A stretch of DNA of 64,000 nucleotides from Candidatus Haiyanarchaeum thermophilum (GTDB lineage Archaea; Nanobdellota; Nanobdellia; JAPDLS01; Haiyanarchaeaceae), in the NCBI GenBank assembly GCA_025920425.1, contig JAPDLS010000001.1, positions 308,484 through 372,483 of the forward strand, read 5' to 3'. The translations under genes and the position numbers were made by a program. Under the pieces are notes generated by a model. The model was not told where the DNA came from and did not search any database. It worked only from the letters and a program-made list of their open reading frames with translations. Numbering within the stretch: the stretch's first letter is position 1; every line of letters begins with the position of its first letter. Below are positions 38,808-49,101 of this stretch, piece after piece.

Positions 38808-39462
38808 TTTCCTTCACCTCTACAGGGGGAGACATCGTGAGCTTGAGTAGACAGCTCTTGATCTGTTGCTTTCCTCTTGGAACTCGCTTCACTACGAAAT
38901 TATAAACTGCTATGCAGTTCTCAGCGATTTCTTCATCGCTCATCTTTTCACATCCTACTCTGCATTGAATCACATTTTGTTTGTTGTTTGAAATCCTTAC
39001 CGTCTTTCTCAACCTTTCAACTATTTCATTAAGTTTACTCGTGGGTGAAAGGATTCCAGAGAACTTTGGATTTGGCATCTTTCCCCGAGAACTTAGGTAT
39101 TTCCCAAATATTTGTCCCACCCTAGGCATTAAATTGGCTTGAGCCAAGAAGAAATCAAAGCGCTTACATAGCTTCTTAGCCTCTTTAGGACTCTGTGCAT
39201 ATTTTTCCAAATCGTTTTTGGTGATTACGAGATCTAAATATTTCTTAGCTTCCGTCTCAAGCTCCTTATCCACGATCCCACAGATCTTTATTTCCTTTCC
39301 CACTCCATGCGGCAATACCAGGTACTCTTGAATGTTATTTTCTGGCTTCTTTGGATCGAAATCCTTAAGGGAAATTATTAGATCGAAACTCTGCGTAAAT
39401 TTTCTCTTCCTGCTCGCTGCTCTTAACTTCTTGATCGCATCCAAGAAACTTTCTTTATCCAT
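38794..39462 (-). CDS. rpl1: 50S ribosomal protein L1
   Basis: FTQSFDLIISLKDFDPKK..., 222 aa, L1-L10-L12 gene order. Confidence 0.85.
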   Translation of the reverse strand: MDKESFLDAIKKLRAASRKRKFTQSFDLIISLKDFDPKKPENNIQEYLVLPHGVGKEIKICGIVDKELETEAKKYLDLVITKNDLEKYAQSPKEAKKLCKRFDFFLAQANLMPRVGQIFGKYLSSRGKMPNPKFSGILSPTSKLNEIVERLRKTVRISNNKQNVIQCRVGCEKMSDEEIAENCIAVYNFVVKRVPRGKQQIKSCLLKLTMSPPVEVKESGNS

Positions 39463-39620
39463 CTGAGAGAATTAGGAATAACTATTTTTAATACTTTCTT
39501 CTAATTTTCAATTTATTTGTTACTTCGCATTGCTTTTTCAGAGAGGAAGCAAATCCTCAATAGGTTATGGAGATTTTCGGAAAAATTTTGAAATTCGAAC
39601 TTTAAGTCTTTTTAATCTAA

Positions 39621-40169
39621 ATGCTCATTGAGCTCGAGGTGAGAAAATTTATTCATCGTATTTTAAGAAGGAGGGAAATTCATCTTATTCTCCTACTCAT
39701 AAGTCTAAGCATAGCTTCTGGTTACTTAGTAAGCGTGCTCTCCTATACTATAACCTTTAAGTTTAATTTTCATAGGCCAATAGGTTTCACTATTTTGGAA
39801 AGCTCAACCCATCCAAATAACTTCTCGATCAACAGAGGGGAAATCTTCGCCTATAGCGGAGATACCATAACCATAAACCTCAACGTGACCAATAGGGCCA
39901 ATAATGACCTCAATGCTACCTTAAAAATCTATTGCTCCTCCTCAAATTCCTCCTTCAGGCTTGAGAACGGCATAAATTTCTCAGCCAAGATTGCGGAAAC
40001 AGAGCTTAACCTAAAATTTATTGAGAATTGTACCGCCCAAATGTGCTTTCAGAGTGATCCTATAACTCTCAGGAGAAAGAGCAGTTACTTGCTCAACTTA
40101 AACCTTTTCTCAACACCCGCTCTATATCCTAGCACTTATGAATGCCAATTCCAATTTGAGACTCCTTAA
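39621..40169 (+). CDS. secreted/membrane-anchored hypothetical protein
   Basis: N-terminal hydrophobic segment, N-glycosylation-like NxS/T sites. Confidence 0.4.
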   Translation: MLIELEVRKFIHRILRRREIHLILLLISLSIASGYLVSVLSYTITFKFNFHRPIGFTILESSTHPNNFSINRGEIFAYSGDTITINLNVTNRANNDLNATLKIYCSSSNSSFRLENGINFSAKIAETELNLKFIENCTAQMCFQSDPITLRRKSSYLLNLNLFSTPALYPSTYECQFQFETP

Positions 40170-40361
40170 TTATTTCACTTCAAGTTTCAATTTCTTAGCA
40201 ACTTCTTCTACCTTAGGATCTGTCTTCATCAATTTTAGAGTGTAGAGATATCTCCCTCTTGCTTTGAATTTAACATAATCCTTCCCCCTCTTTACAAAAA
40301 CATGTTTGGCTTTAGCAGCTATCTTCAAAAACTCATCTACGTCCTTTATCTCCTTCGGCAT
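40170..40361 (-). CDS. rpl38e: 50S ribosomal protein L38e
   Basis: MPKEIKDVDEFLKIAAKAKHVFVKRGKDYVKFKARGRYLYTLKLMKTDPKVEE resembles eukaryotic RPL38; overlaps serS start. Confidence 0.7.
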   Translation of the reverse strand: MPKEIKDVDEFLKIAAKAKHVFVKRGKDYVKFKARGRYLYTLKLMKTDPKVEEVAKKLKLEVK

Positions 40362-41617
40362 TTGAGTACCTCCATTCCATTCATATACTGCACTAAGGCT
40401 CTGGGAATCCTCACTGATCCATCTTTTTGTTGATGATTTTCAACTATGGCTACAATGGCTCTAGTAGTAATCGCAGTCGAATTTAACGTATGCACCAATC
40501 CTACTTCTCCACCGCTACGATATCTTATCCTGAGCCTCCTTGCCTGAAAATCAGTGCAATTGCTGCAAGATCCCATTTCCCTGTACTTGTTTTGGGCTGG
40601 AAGCCAAGCTTCGATATCATAGCATTTAGCTGCCATGCTGCTGAGCTGCTGGGAGCAGAGTACTACAGTCCTGAAAGGCACCTCAAGCTCCTTAAAGATT
40701 TCCTCAGCATTTGTTATAAGTTCCTCATGAAATCTCCATGAATCCTCTGGTTTGCAGATTATGATCTGTTCTACTTTGTAGAACTGATGAGTTCTGAAGA
40801 TCCCTTTTGTATCCTTTCCATGAGCTCCTGCCTCCTTTCTGAAGTTTGGTGAGAAACCAACGAGTTTGATCGGAAGCTCATCTTCTTCGAAGCATTCTCC
40901 CATGAACATAGAAACTAATGGATGTTCTGAAGTGGCTATTAGGTGAAGATCCTCTCCTTCCACCTTATATAGCATCTCATCGAAGTCTCCAAGTGGGACA
41001 ACCCCTTCATATGCTGCCCTCTTCATCATGAATGGTGGTTCTACTAGAGTATATCCTTTCCTGATTAACTTATCGATCGCTAACCTCATCAATGCATGTT
41101 CAAGTAGTACTCCCTCATTTTTTAGGAAGAAGAACCTTGCCCCACTTATCTTCGCAGCCCTACTTATATCTAGAATACCTAGATCCACCATAAGCTTCAC
41201 ATGATCTCTTGGTTCGAAGTCAAACTTCCTAATCCTACCATACTCTCTCACCACCACATTCTCCTCTCCAACAGGAGTAGACTCATGCATTAGATTAGGT
41301 AAAACTAACATGATCTCGCGCTGCTTCTTCATGAGCCTCTCCAACTTCTCCTCTACTTGTTTGATCTCATCCAATATGCTTGAAACCTCTTTTATCTTCT
41401 CATCAACCCTTAATCCCTTTTGCTTGAGTTCTGCTATTTCTCGGGCTGCTTTATTCCTTTCCTTCCTAAGCTCTTGGCTCCTCCTGCGTAAGGTAGAAAT
41501 TTCCATGTCCAATTTGAGCAGCTCATCCACTAGCTCCAATTTATTCACCATCCCCCTATCTCTCAAATTCTTCTTTATAAGCTCGGGGTTCTGCCTCACC
41601 AGCTTTATATCAAGCAT
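40346..41617 (-). CDS. serS: seryl-tRNA synthetase
   Basis: MLDIKLVRQNPELIKKNLRDRG N-terminal coiled-coil arm, class II motifs, 423 aa. Confidence 0.9.
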   Translation of the reverse strand: MLDIKLVRQNPELIKKNLRDRGMVNKLELVDELLKLDMEISTLRRRSQELRKERNKAAREIAELKQKGLRVDEKIKEVSSILDEIKQVEEKLERLMKKQREIMLVLPNLMHESTPVGEENVVVREYGRIRKFDFEPRDHVKLMVDLGILDISRAAKISGARFFFLKNEGVLLEHALMRLAIDKLIRKGYTLVEPPFMMKRAAYEGVVPLGDFDEMLYKVEGEDLHLIATSEHPLVSMFMGECFEEDELPIKLVGFSPNFRKEAGAHGKDTKGIFRTHQFYKVEQIIICKPEDSWRFHEELITNAEEIFKELEVPFRTVVLCSQQLSSMAAKCYDIEAWLPAQNKYREMGSCSNCTDFQARRLRIRYRSGGEVGLVHTLNSTAITTRAIVAIVENHQQKDGSVRIPRALVQYMNGMEVLKCRRR

Positions 41618-41654
41618 CGTTTAACTAAGGTGAAAAAAGTTTAACTTTTTTTCG

Positions 41655-42980
41655 CTATATGCCCTTCAACTTCAGCTCGCTGATCGCACTCGGTTCCATT
41701 CCTCCATGCCAGCTCCTCTTCGGTTTGATTTGGATTGGGTAAACTCTCTCCTGAGTATCATCAAGCACAATTGCTGCTCCTCTCTTCTTAGGGAGCATTG
41801 AGAGATACTTCTCGATAGTATAGGTGAGGTAAGTTTGCATTATGTTGTTAAGAGCTTGAATATCCATCTTAGCTGTAACGTGGTGGGAAATAACTAAATC
41901 GCATTGGGTGATCACATCTGTATTGATCTTTCCAGGCTGTTGAGTGGCCATCACCAAGCTTATTCCAGGTTGCCTTCCTTCACGAATTATTCTGATCAAG
42001 GGTAATGTAGCTAGAGTTTCCCCTCTTTCAGGAATGAACTCATGGGCTTCATCTATGAAGATCCAGACCAGAGGGATCTCTTCCTTGGATTTTTCGAAAT
42101 ATCCCCTTGAGAAGTAGCTATAACCTCTCTCCAGAATACTTAACTCCTCAAGCCTCCTAGCTAAGATCCTCCTCTCTAAAATCTTTCTACAGAGCAACCC
42201 TATGACCAGAGCTTTTATACTGAGACTTCTTGTTTCTTGTGTGTAGAGCGCCAAGTCTATGATGGAAATCTTTCCCCTATTTAGGATCTTCTCGAGTGGA
42301 GTCCCCTCCTTTTTGAAGAGCCCCCAGCTCTTTACCACTTCCAACCTATTCATCAGAAACCTCTTCGTCTCCTCCCCCACATTTGATGAACCTATCTCGC
42401 TTATGATGTCATCTATCTCAAATTTCTCCACATCCCTCCTCAATCTATTTACTACCTTTTCTAGTATAATTCCTTGCTCCTGAAGCGGAGAAACATTCAA
42501 TAACTCACACCATTCTATTCCAGACATTTCCCAAGGAGAAATAGCAAATGGCTCATCAACAGGAATTCCAAGATTCCTCATCCTCTCGAAGTGACCATGG
42601 GGGGTAAAAACTATCACCTTCTTTTCCAGCCCTAAGGGTTCTAGCCCCCACTTAGCTAGGAGGGTTTCATCCCTATAATTCGGAAATTTCATCGTCCAGA
42701 AGATCCCCATGGTATCGAAGAATAGAGAAGCTATATTGTTACTTACCTCCTCTGGAAGATTTGCCATTTCTTCAGCAATTGAACTTAAGGTATATGATTT
42801 CCCAGACCCCCTTTTCCCACAAATTAAGATCACATGGGGTCTATTTACATCGAGGAGAACAGGATTCGCTAGGCTCATCTCCTCCCCCATCTGAATATAA
42901 TGTCTTGCTATCAAGATCGTACCTTCCTTTCCAAACTTTTCTAAGTCCTCCTCTTTCCTTCCTAGAATGATCTCATACAT
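41655..42980 (-). CDS. HerA/FtsK-superfamily (DUF87-like) ATPase
   Basis: Walker A ILICGKRGSGKSY; Walker B WIFIDEAHEF; 441 aa. Confidence 0.65.
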   Translation of the reverse strand: MYEIILGRKEEDLEKFGKEGTILIARHYIQMGEEMSLANPVLLDVNRPHVILICGKRGSGKSYTLSSIAEEMANLPEEVSNNIASLFFDTMGIFWTMKFPNYRDETLLAKWGLEPLGLEKKVIVFTPHGHFERMRNLGIPVDEPFAISPWEMSGIEWCELLNVSPLQEQGIILEKVVNRLRRDVEKFEIDDIISEIGSSNVGEETKRFLMNRLEVVKSWGLFKKEGTPLEKILNRGKISIIDLALYTQETRSLSIKALVIGLLCRKILERRILARRLEELSILERGYSYFSRGYFEKSKEEIPLVWIFIDEAHEFIPERGETLATLPLIRIIREGRQPGISLVMATQQPGKINTDVITQCDLVISHHVTAKMDIQALNNIMQTYLTYTIEKYLSMLPKKRGAAIVLDDTQERVYPIQIKPKRSWHGGMEPSAISELKLKGI

Positions 42981-43004
42981 GTAAAAGAAGGAGTAATTGT
43001 AAAA

Positions 43005-43805
43005 TTAAAATTTATCTCTCTCCGATTGTTTATATTTCCTTTCCCTCATCTGTTTATCTCTCTCTAATAGGATCTCTTCACGTCCTCGATCGCTAAGTCC
43101 ATCTATCACTCTTTCTAGCCAGTTTTTGCTGTTTCTCTTTCCTATCCACATAAATGGACTTATGATCTCATAAAGAGAGGTAGTTGCTGGTAATTTAAGG
43201 CGGGAATATGTGGCTGGGTAAACATTGAGTTGGAGAATCTCCTTTCTGGGGCTAATACTTCCAAATCTTACTTTCATCAATGTTTCATTTCCATCTACTA
43301 AGGAGAATTCATTCCCAATGAAATCCTGAATTGCTGGGTAAAAAATGCCTACTTCTGAAAGAGAGGCTCTCCTTTTATCTCCGGTTATCCTCACAGAGGC
43401 TCGAGGTGCTAGGTAATTAACTGCATCCTCTAAATAGGACTCGAGCACAGTTGGAAGTTTTTCCCTAGAAATTTGATGGATCGGTGGTAGACAATAAAAT
43501 CTATCTCTTCTCTTCAGATCCCAAAGGAACTGCAATGTGCTCGTAGGAAGGGGTGGAAATGGAGAAGTATTGACTGCAGCTCCAGCAAGCTTCTCCAACT
43601 TGTTAATTATTTTCTCTGCTTTTCTGCTTACCTCGCCTTCCTCCCGAGCATAACTTCTCTCAAATTCATCAAAGGATATGATATCTGGGAACTCGAATGG
43701 AAAAGAAGCAAGTTCCTCCAGTCGTTGATGTCTCTCTGCTATCCTGAAAAGCTCTTCCAGTGTTCCTACAATTTTTATTTCCTCTCTAGTTACCTGTTTA
43801 GTCAT
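43005..43805 (-). CDS. hypothetical protein, probable partner of HerA-like ATPase
   Basis: 266 aa ORF immediately upstream (24-nt gap) on same strand. Confidence 0.45.
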   Translation of the reverse strand: MTKQVTREEIKIVGTLEELFRIAERHQRLEELASFPFEFPDIISFDEFERSYAREEGEVSRKAEKIINKLEKLAGAAVNTSPFPPLPTSTLQFLWDLKRRDRFYCLPPIHQISREKLPTVLESYLEDAVNYLAPRASVRITGDKRRASLSEVGIFYPAIQDFIGNEFSLVDGNETLMKVRFGSISPRKEILQLNVYPATYSRLKLPATTSLYEIISPFMWIGKRNSKNWLERVIDGLSDRGREEILLERDKQMRERKYKQSERDKF

Positions 43806-43908
43806 AGTTTCCTCCGAAAAATCCCTTATTTAAAAAATTTTTTATTCCGGAGGGGTAAAATTGCCTATAAAGTAAACCATATTAGGAATGTTTAGCTCAT
43901 AATTCATA

Positions 43909-43991
43909 GCCGGAGTGGCCGAGTGGTTAAGGCGGCAGCCTCGAGAGCTGCTGGGCGTATGCCCTCGCAGGTTCGAATCCTGCCTCCGGCG
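43909..43991 (+). tRNA. tRNA-Ser (anticodon CGA)
   Basis: GCCGGAG acceptor, loop CUCGAGA, long variable arm TGGGCGTATGCCCTC, T-loop GGTTCGAATCC. Confidence 0.85.
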
Positions 43992-44061
43992 TCCACAGGT
44001 TTACTCATCCGGCAAAAGTTCGAGAGAATGACTCGTAATCAGTGATATCGAGAAGAAGATT

Positions 44062-45984
44062 TCATGAGGGGTATCTTATCTCTTTCAACTGCTCTAGCGT
44101 GTGTAGTGAATAAATTTTGATTCCAAATGGGGAGACGAGGTAGAGGATATCATCTATATATAAAGCTCTATTCACACCATGAAAGTTAAGTATCTTTCTA
44201 AGTGAAAGTGATGTGGCTGAAACATTAAATACAAACGCTTCATCTGCAAGAGAAGGAAGGTAAGAAGAGGAGAGGGAGAGCACCAATAGTTGCTTCGGCC
44301 GATCTAAAAGGAGGGCCTTATGGTCCCAATCCCAAGGCAGAGTATGGTTGTAGATTACGTACTTGCCCTCCTCCTGTGGATTCATTGGATCTGAGACATC
44401 GAATAATGAAACTTTAACTCCTATCCTTCTCCCTCTCTCATCCGTTTCCTCACCAATTCCTATAAGGTGGCTCTCATCGAATGGCTGCAAATATCTAGAG
44501 AAACCTGGAAGTTTTAGAGAACCTATAAGTCTTGGCTCTCTCGGATTACTTAAGTCTACTACAAGCAATGGATCAACTCTTCTGTAGGTTACAACATATC
44601 CTTTCTCTCCAATGAATCTCACTGCGAAGATACTTTCATTGGGTTCAAGGCCTTCAAGCTTACCTATGAGATTTAAATTGGAATCTAGCACATACACATT
44701 GTTTTCAGTTCCTCCACCAAACATCCATGGGTCTCTGGTAGTAGTAGCTATTCTGAAAGTTCCGTTGAATTCGTCCATAGAAAACTGATTTAGGATAAAC
44801 CCTGGTACTGAATTATTGGCTACAAATGTCATTTTACCTTCTTTAACTGAAAATTTGATGATCATCGTACCAAAATGCTTTTTCAATTCAGGAAGCCACT
44901 CCTCAATCCTTGCTTTAGTTTTATTCATAATGCTCTCTTTTTCCTCTTTACTTAGGGTTTCGAGGAAATCTTCGAGGATAATAGCGATCTCTATAAGTTT
45001 CTTATTTGTACCCATGTCTCTCTTATTCATTATCTCCTCTATTTTATCCTTGATCTCTCCCGGAACTACTTTCTCTATCACTTCCCGTATGTATTCCTCC
45101 AATATTCTCAGGTAATCTATTCCTGTAGAAAATGTGAGATAAAGATTTTCTGGAGACATATACAGAGTGGCTACTTCATCAAGCAAAAGGATTTCCCTAT
45201 TTACTTCTTGGGTATCAAGATTAATGGAGAGAAGTGTGGTAAAGTAATAGTAGTTTCCTACTAAACTTTCAGAATAGTATATTTTCGTACATGGGCAGGG
45301 CATATCTTCACCATTGACTCTCATCGGAGAAACTGAAGCCTCAAATGCCGGTTCTTGAATTATCACGTACACAAAGTTTCCATACATCCTCGCATCCTTA
45401 TAATTTCCAGGAATTGAGATTTCCTTCAAGAGTTTAGGCAATTCCTTAGAGGAAATGTCGTAAAGCCTAATATGGGTTTCAGTTATATGTATTGGATAGG
45501 GAAGTGATAAAATTTCGGGCAAGAGATAACGATGCTCTTCACTTAAGATTACAAGTTTATCATTTCTTACGAAAACTCCTGTGGTTATTTCCCTCCTTAA
45601 CTTGAGGTCTGAAATGAATTTGGCCTCTTCCGGAGGAAAAGCTTGAGAAATAAATATCCTTTCGCCACTGTAACTACGGGAGTAAATATAGGTTCCGTCT
45701 GTTTTAACTATATCTGGCTCATCTACTGTAGGTACTTGTACATTTGTAACTGAATACCATGCTGCTTCCTTCCCAGGGGAGAGGAATGGTACGGTAATGG
45801 CTGACTCCCTCAAAGTATAGAGCCATCCATATGCCCTCTCGCTGAGAAAGTTCTTAAGCTCTTGGCAAGAAGAAAACCTTTTAAGCCCATAAATTGGGGT
45901 GGAAGGTTTAATTGTGAACCACCAAATTGTCCCCAATAGAAGAAGAAGCACAACTAACCATACTATGCTCGATAAAGCCTTCAT
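44062..45984 (-). CDS. secreted/membrane-anchored large protein, possibly beta-propeller
   Basis: N-terminal TM (IVWLVVLLLLLGTIWW), 640 aa. Confidence 0.5.
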   Translation of the reverse strand: MKALSSIVWLVVLLLLLGTIWWFTIKPSTPIYGLKRFSSCQELKNFLSERAYGWLYTLRESAITVPFLSPGKEAAWYSVTNVQVPTVDEPDIVKTDGTYIYSRSYSGERIFISQAFPPEEAKFISDLKLRREITTGVFVRNDKLVILSEEHRYLLPEILSLPYPIHITETHIRLYDISSKELPKLLKEISIPGNYKDARMYGNFVYVIIQEPAFEASVSPMRVNGEDMPCPCTKIYYSESLVGNYYYFTTLLSINLDTQEVNREILLLDEVATLYMSPENLYLTFSTGIDYLRILEEYIREVIEKVVPGEIKDKIEEIMNKRDMGTNKKLIEIAIILEDFLETLSKEEKESIMNKTKARIEEWLPELKKHFGTMIIKFSVKEGKMTFVANNSVPGFILNQFSMDEFNGTFRIATTTRDPWMFGGGTENNVYVLDSNLNLIGKLEGLEPNESIFAVRFIGEKGYVVTYRRVDPLLVVDLSNPREPRLIGSLKLPGFSRYLQPFDESHLIGIGEETDERGRRIGVKVSLFDVSDPMNPQEEGKYVIYNHTLPWDWDHKALLLDRPKQLLVLSLSSSYLPSLADEAFVFNVSATSLSLRKILNFHGVNRALYIDDILYLVSPFGIKIYSLHTLEQLKEIRYPS

Positions 45985-45987
45985 TCT

Positions 45988-46701
45988 ATGAAATGGTTTT
46001 TATGCACATATATAAAAAAATTTCGTTTTCCTTCCTACTCCAAGATTTCTGTTGACTCATCAGCTTGCTTACCAAAATTTAAATATGGTTGTGAATTATT
46101 CTCCTTAATGCTAAGTAGATCTTTCTCCTTGATTATACTCTTCCTCATCCTCTCTTATTTCATCCAATTTTCAGCCTTTCTCATTCAACTTAGACCAAAT
46201 TATGTACTCTCATTCCTCATCTTCCTTGTCCCGTTCCTTCTGCTTTTTAAGAGGATGAAGTGGAGCTATTACTCCGCCTGTGCCTTATTGGTGGATACTT
46301 CATTCTTCAGTTTTTTAGCTGCCATTTCAGAGCTTATAAATGTCCAACCAAGCATTAGTTACAATATAACTTCAGAAGGAATCAGCATTATGTTCTTTGG
46401 GTCAGATACGTTGCTCAGGATCATGGGATATATAGCTATGATCTTAATTTACATGCTCTCCTTGCTAATCTTGCTGAGGCACAAGTCCGAGCTCGTAACT
46501 GTGGAGAAGATGGAGCTGGAACGATATGTAAAATGTCCCCTCTGTGGGGAGCTTGCTCCTCTAATAGAAGCGTATAAGAAGTATTTCTGCATGGAATGTA
46601 AAAAGCTCATAGAACCTCCCGGGAGAAGAAACTCTTGGCTCAAACCACTCCTCTTTGGTATCCTCATCTCCTTCGTCCATTTTCTCCTTCTTTCCATATG
46701 A
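45988..46701 (+). CDS. polytopic membrane protein with cytoplasmic zinc ribbon
   Basis: CPLCGE...CMECKK plus multiple hydrophobic helices. Confidence 0.45.
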   Translation: MKWFLCTYIKKFRFPSYSKISVDSSACLPKFKYGCELFSLMLSRSFSLIILFLILSYFIQFSAFLIQLRPNYVLSFLIFLVPFLLLFKRMKWSYYSACALLVDTSFFSFLAAISELINVQPSISYNITSEGISIMFFGSDTLLRIMGYIAMILIYMLSLLILLRHKSELVTVEKMELERYVKCPLCGELAPLIEAYKKYFCMECKKLIEPPGRRNSWLKPLLFGILISFVHFLLLSI

Positions 46702-46735
46702 AAAATTTTTTATCAAGGAGAAACATCTCAATCTC

Positions 46736-48010
46736 ATGAAATTTAAGAGGGTAAAGGGTACTTTCGACATATTGCCAGAGGAGTATAGGCTCTACAAATA
46801 TGTAGAATACTCCCTCTCTTCGCTAGCAGAGCTCTACGGATATTCTGGAGTGGAAACCCCTGCATTTGAGTCTCTAGAACTGCTTAAAGCTAAAAATCCA
46901 TCCATCGTGGATCAGATCTATTGGTTTAAAGATAAAGGTGGGAGGGAAATTGGGCTCAGATTTGATTTGACTGTGCCCATCGCAAGGGTAATTGCTGAGA
47001 ACCCCCAACTTCCAAAGCCGGTGAGATTTTATTACTTCTCGAAGATGTGGAGATATGAAGAGCCACAAAAGCTAAGGTATAGGGAATTCTGGCAATTTGG
47101 AGTAGAGCTAATAGGATCTTCCTCTATTCAAGCAGATGCTGAAGTAATCTCCTTAGCGATCGATTGTCTCAGACAATTTGGTTTGAAGTTCAAAGTATTC
47201 GTAAATGATAGAATATTGCTTGAATCTATCCTAGAGCGGCTTTCGATCCACAAGAGATTAGAATTGTTCAGGATAATAGACAAGCGAGAAAAACTCTCAT
47301 CACAGGCTTTCCTCTCTCAACTTCGAGCCATTGGCTTAAGCGCTCAACAAATTGAACGGCTGATGAAAATAATTGAGATCCGGGGGGATATTGAAAGGAT
47401 ATCGATGGAATTAGAAGATCTGAAAAGTAAAAAGGTGGAGGAAAGACTAAATGTTCTGAAAGAGTTGGTTAAGCTAATCGAAGCTTATGGATCTAAGAAT
47501 TACTTAGAATTCGATCTAAGCGTTGTGAGAGGATTAGATTATTACACAGGGATCGTATTTGAAATCTTTAGTGTAGAGGACAATAAAAGGGTAGGAAATG
47601 CTATCTGTGGGGGTGGGAGATATGATAACTTAATCGAGATCTATGCAAAGCAGAGGATTCCAGCTACAGGTTTTGCTATAGGGGTTGAAAGATTAATCGA
47701 GCTTCTCAAACAAACGAAATCGATTCCCAAAGAGAAGAAGATAAAGGTGCTCATAATCTCTGACCCAGAGACCTCCATTTTGATGAGGAGGAAATTGATG
47801 GGGGTAGGAATAATCGCACTTATCGATGTTATGGGGAGAAATCTCTCAAAGAACTTAGAGTTTGCTGACAAGCAAAATATCCCCTACGTAATCATATGTA
47901 AGGAGTTGGAGAAACAAAAAGGAGTAGCTAAGGTCAGAGATATGATCAGGGGGAGAGAAGTGGAGATTGAGCTGGATAGACTGGAAACATATTTCAAGCA
48001 ATTACTCTGA
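46736..48010 (+). CDS. hisS: histidyl-tRNA synthetase
   Basis: Start moved to MKFKRVKGTFDILPEE; class II motifs GLRFDLTVPIAR; ORF track start 46655 is an upstream in-frame extension. Confidence 0.9.
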   Translation: MKFKRVKGTFDILPEEYRLYKYVEYSLSSLAELYGYSGVETPAFESLELLKAKNPSIVDQIYWFKDKGGREIGLRFDLTVPIARVIAENPQLPKPVRFYYFSKMWRYEEPQKLRYREFWQFGVELIGSSSIQADAEVISLAIDCLRQFGLKFKVFVNDRILLESILERLSIHKRLELFRIIDKREKLSSQAFLSQLRAIGLSAQQIERLMKIIEIRGDIERISMELEDLKSKKVEERLNVLKELVKLIEAYGSKNYLEFDLSVVRGLDYYTGIVFEIFSVEDNKRVGNAICGGGRYDNLIEIYAKQRIPATGFAIGVERLIELLKQTKSIPKEKKIKVLIISDPETSILMRRKLMGVGIIALIDVMGRNLSKNLEFADKQNIPYVIICKELEKQKGVAKVRDMIRGREVEIELDRLETYFKQLL

Positions 48011-48904
48011 GGTAATGGATTTCCTTGGTTTCTCTTCCATATGTTTATAGAGTTGGAAAAGTTCTCTCCTTCTTGCCTCCAATAGCTCATTCTCCCTTCC
48101 CAGTAACTCTGCCATGCTCAGTATTTTACACCCCATTTTTCTCCCCTCATCCAATACCTCCCTAATCTTCTCAGCATAGTTGAGATCTCTCAGGAGATGA
48201 TGGTCTAGTATCAATTCTCGTACTTGGCTGCTCCTGATGACCCTCAAGAGATTTTCGATACTCTGAGTTAAAGCACTTTCGGGATATTTATAGCCTAACA
48301 TATATGTCATGGGACCATCTACGAAGAGAATTTCAGGATTTTCTTTGAGGATAAATTCCACCTGCTCCTCAAGAGCTGGTCCCTCCACATCACTTGTAAA
48401 CAATAATTTGTCCTCTCCATCTGTAATAGCCACCTCTACCACAAAACCTAATCTCTTATCTATTCCATGAGATACTGGGTTTGAAAATTTGAGAGTAGTT
48501 CCATCTACCTTGAACTCTCTACTATCGCAGTACTCTATCCTCCTAGCGATCCCTTCCACTTTCTTTAAAAAGAGTGCTGATCTCCTCATTTGGCTGAAGT
48601 TTATCTTCTCCCTCGGATGTTTAATGAGCAACCACTTATTTCTGAATTGCTCAGGTTCATCGAGGGAGAAATGGTCGAAATGGTAATGAGTAATCACGAT
48701 TACATCACTTTCTCTACTTCTCTTCAGAATTTCATCCCAAATCTCATTCATCCTCCTTATCTCAATCGCATGGGGTGGAAGCCCATAACGTCTAGGAGCT
48801 AGTGAAACAGAGGGATCTATCATAATAGTAGTATGTTTGGTCGTCACCTGTATGCAAAAACTCCTCACCCCGAGACTCTCAGAAGCTATAGGGAGTACCT
48901 CCAT
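48002..48904 (-). CDS. metallo-beta-lactamase fold hydrolase
   Basis: VITHYHFDHF (HxHxDH) motif. Confidence 0.75.
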   Translation of the reverse strand: MEVLPIASESLGVRSFCIQVTTKHTTIMIDPSVSLAPRRYGLPPHAIEIRRMNEIWDEILKRSRESDVIVITHYHFDHFSLDEPEQFRNKWLLIKHPREKINFSQMRRSALFLKKVEGIARRIEYCDSREFKVDGTTLKFSNPVSHGIDKRLGFVVEVAITDGEDKLLFTSDVEGPALEEQVEFILKENPEILFVDGPMTYMLGYKYPESALTQSIENLLRVIRSSQVRELILDHHLLRDLNYAEKIREVLDEGRKMGCKILSMAELLGRENELLEARRRELFQLYKHMEEKPRKSITSE

Positions 48905-49101
48905 CTCTTTCCTCCAACATTACTCTTAAATAAGTCTTCCTTCTCTGAACTAATGTTTTTTACCATCTATTTATGTTTGTGGGTTTGGGATTTAGTTATG
49001 CAGATCGTAGAGACCTTCTTACTAGGGAATTTGTGATCTGTCCTTCTCTATAATTGGATTTGGGAGGAAGGCTGCGTTCAACGAAGTAATCCCGCTAGTA
49101 A

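Noticed and set aside
39463-39620. 158-nt leader upstream of rpl1 considered for a small ORF or L1 autoregulatory mRNA site
   Set aside because: Only a 12-codon ORF is present. An L1-binding 23S mimic cannot be confirmed without structure comparison.
43005-43805. 266-aa protein next to HerA-like ATPase considered as NurA nuclease
   Set aside because: The only DG-containing segment (SLVDGNE) lies at about residue 165, not near the N-terminus where NurA motif I sits. This cannot be supported from sequence alone.
43909-45984. tRNA-Ser followed by large gene considered as integration hotspot or mobile element
   Set aside because: No integrase, transposase, direct repeat of the tRNA 3' end, or compositional shift is seen. 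The neighbouring gene is a secreted protein.
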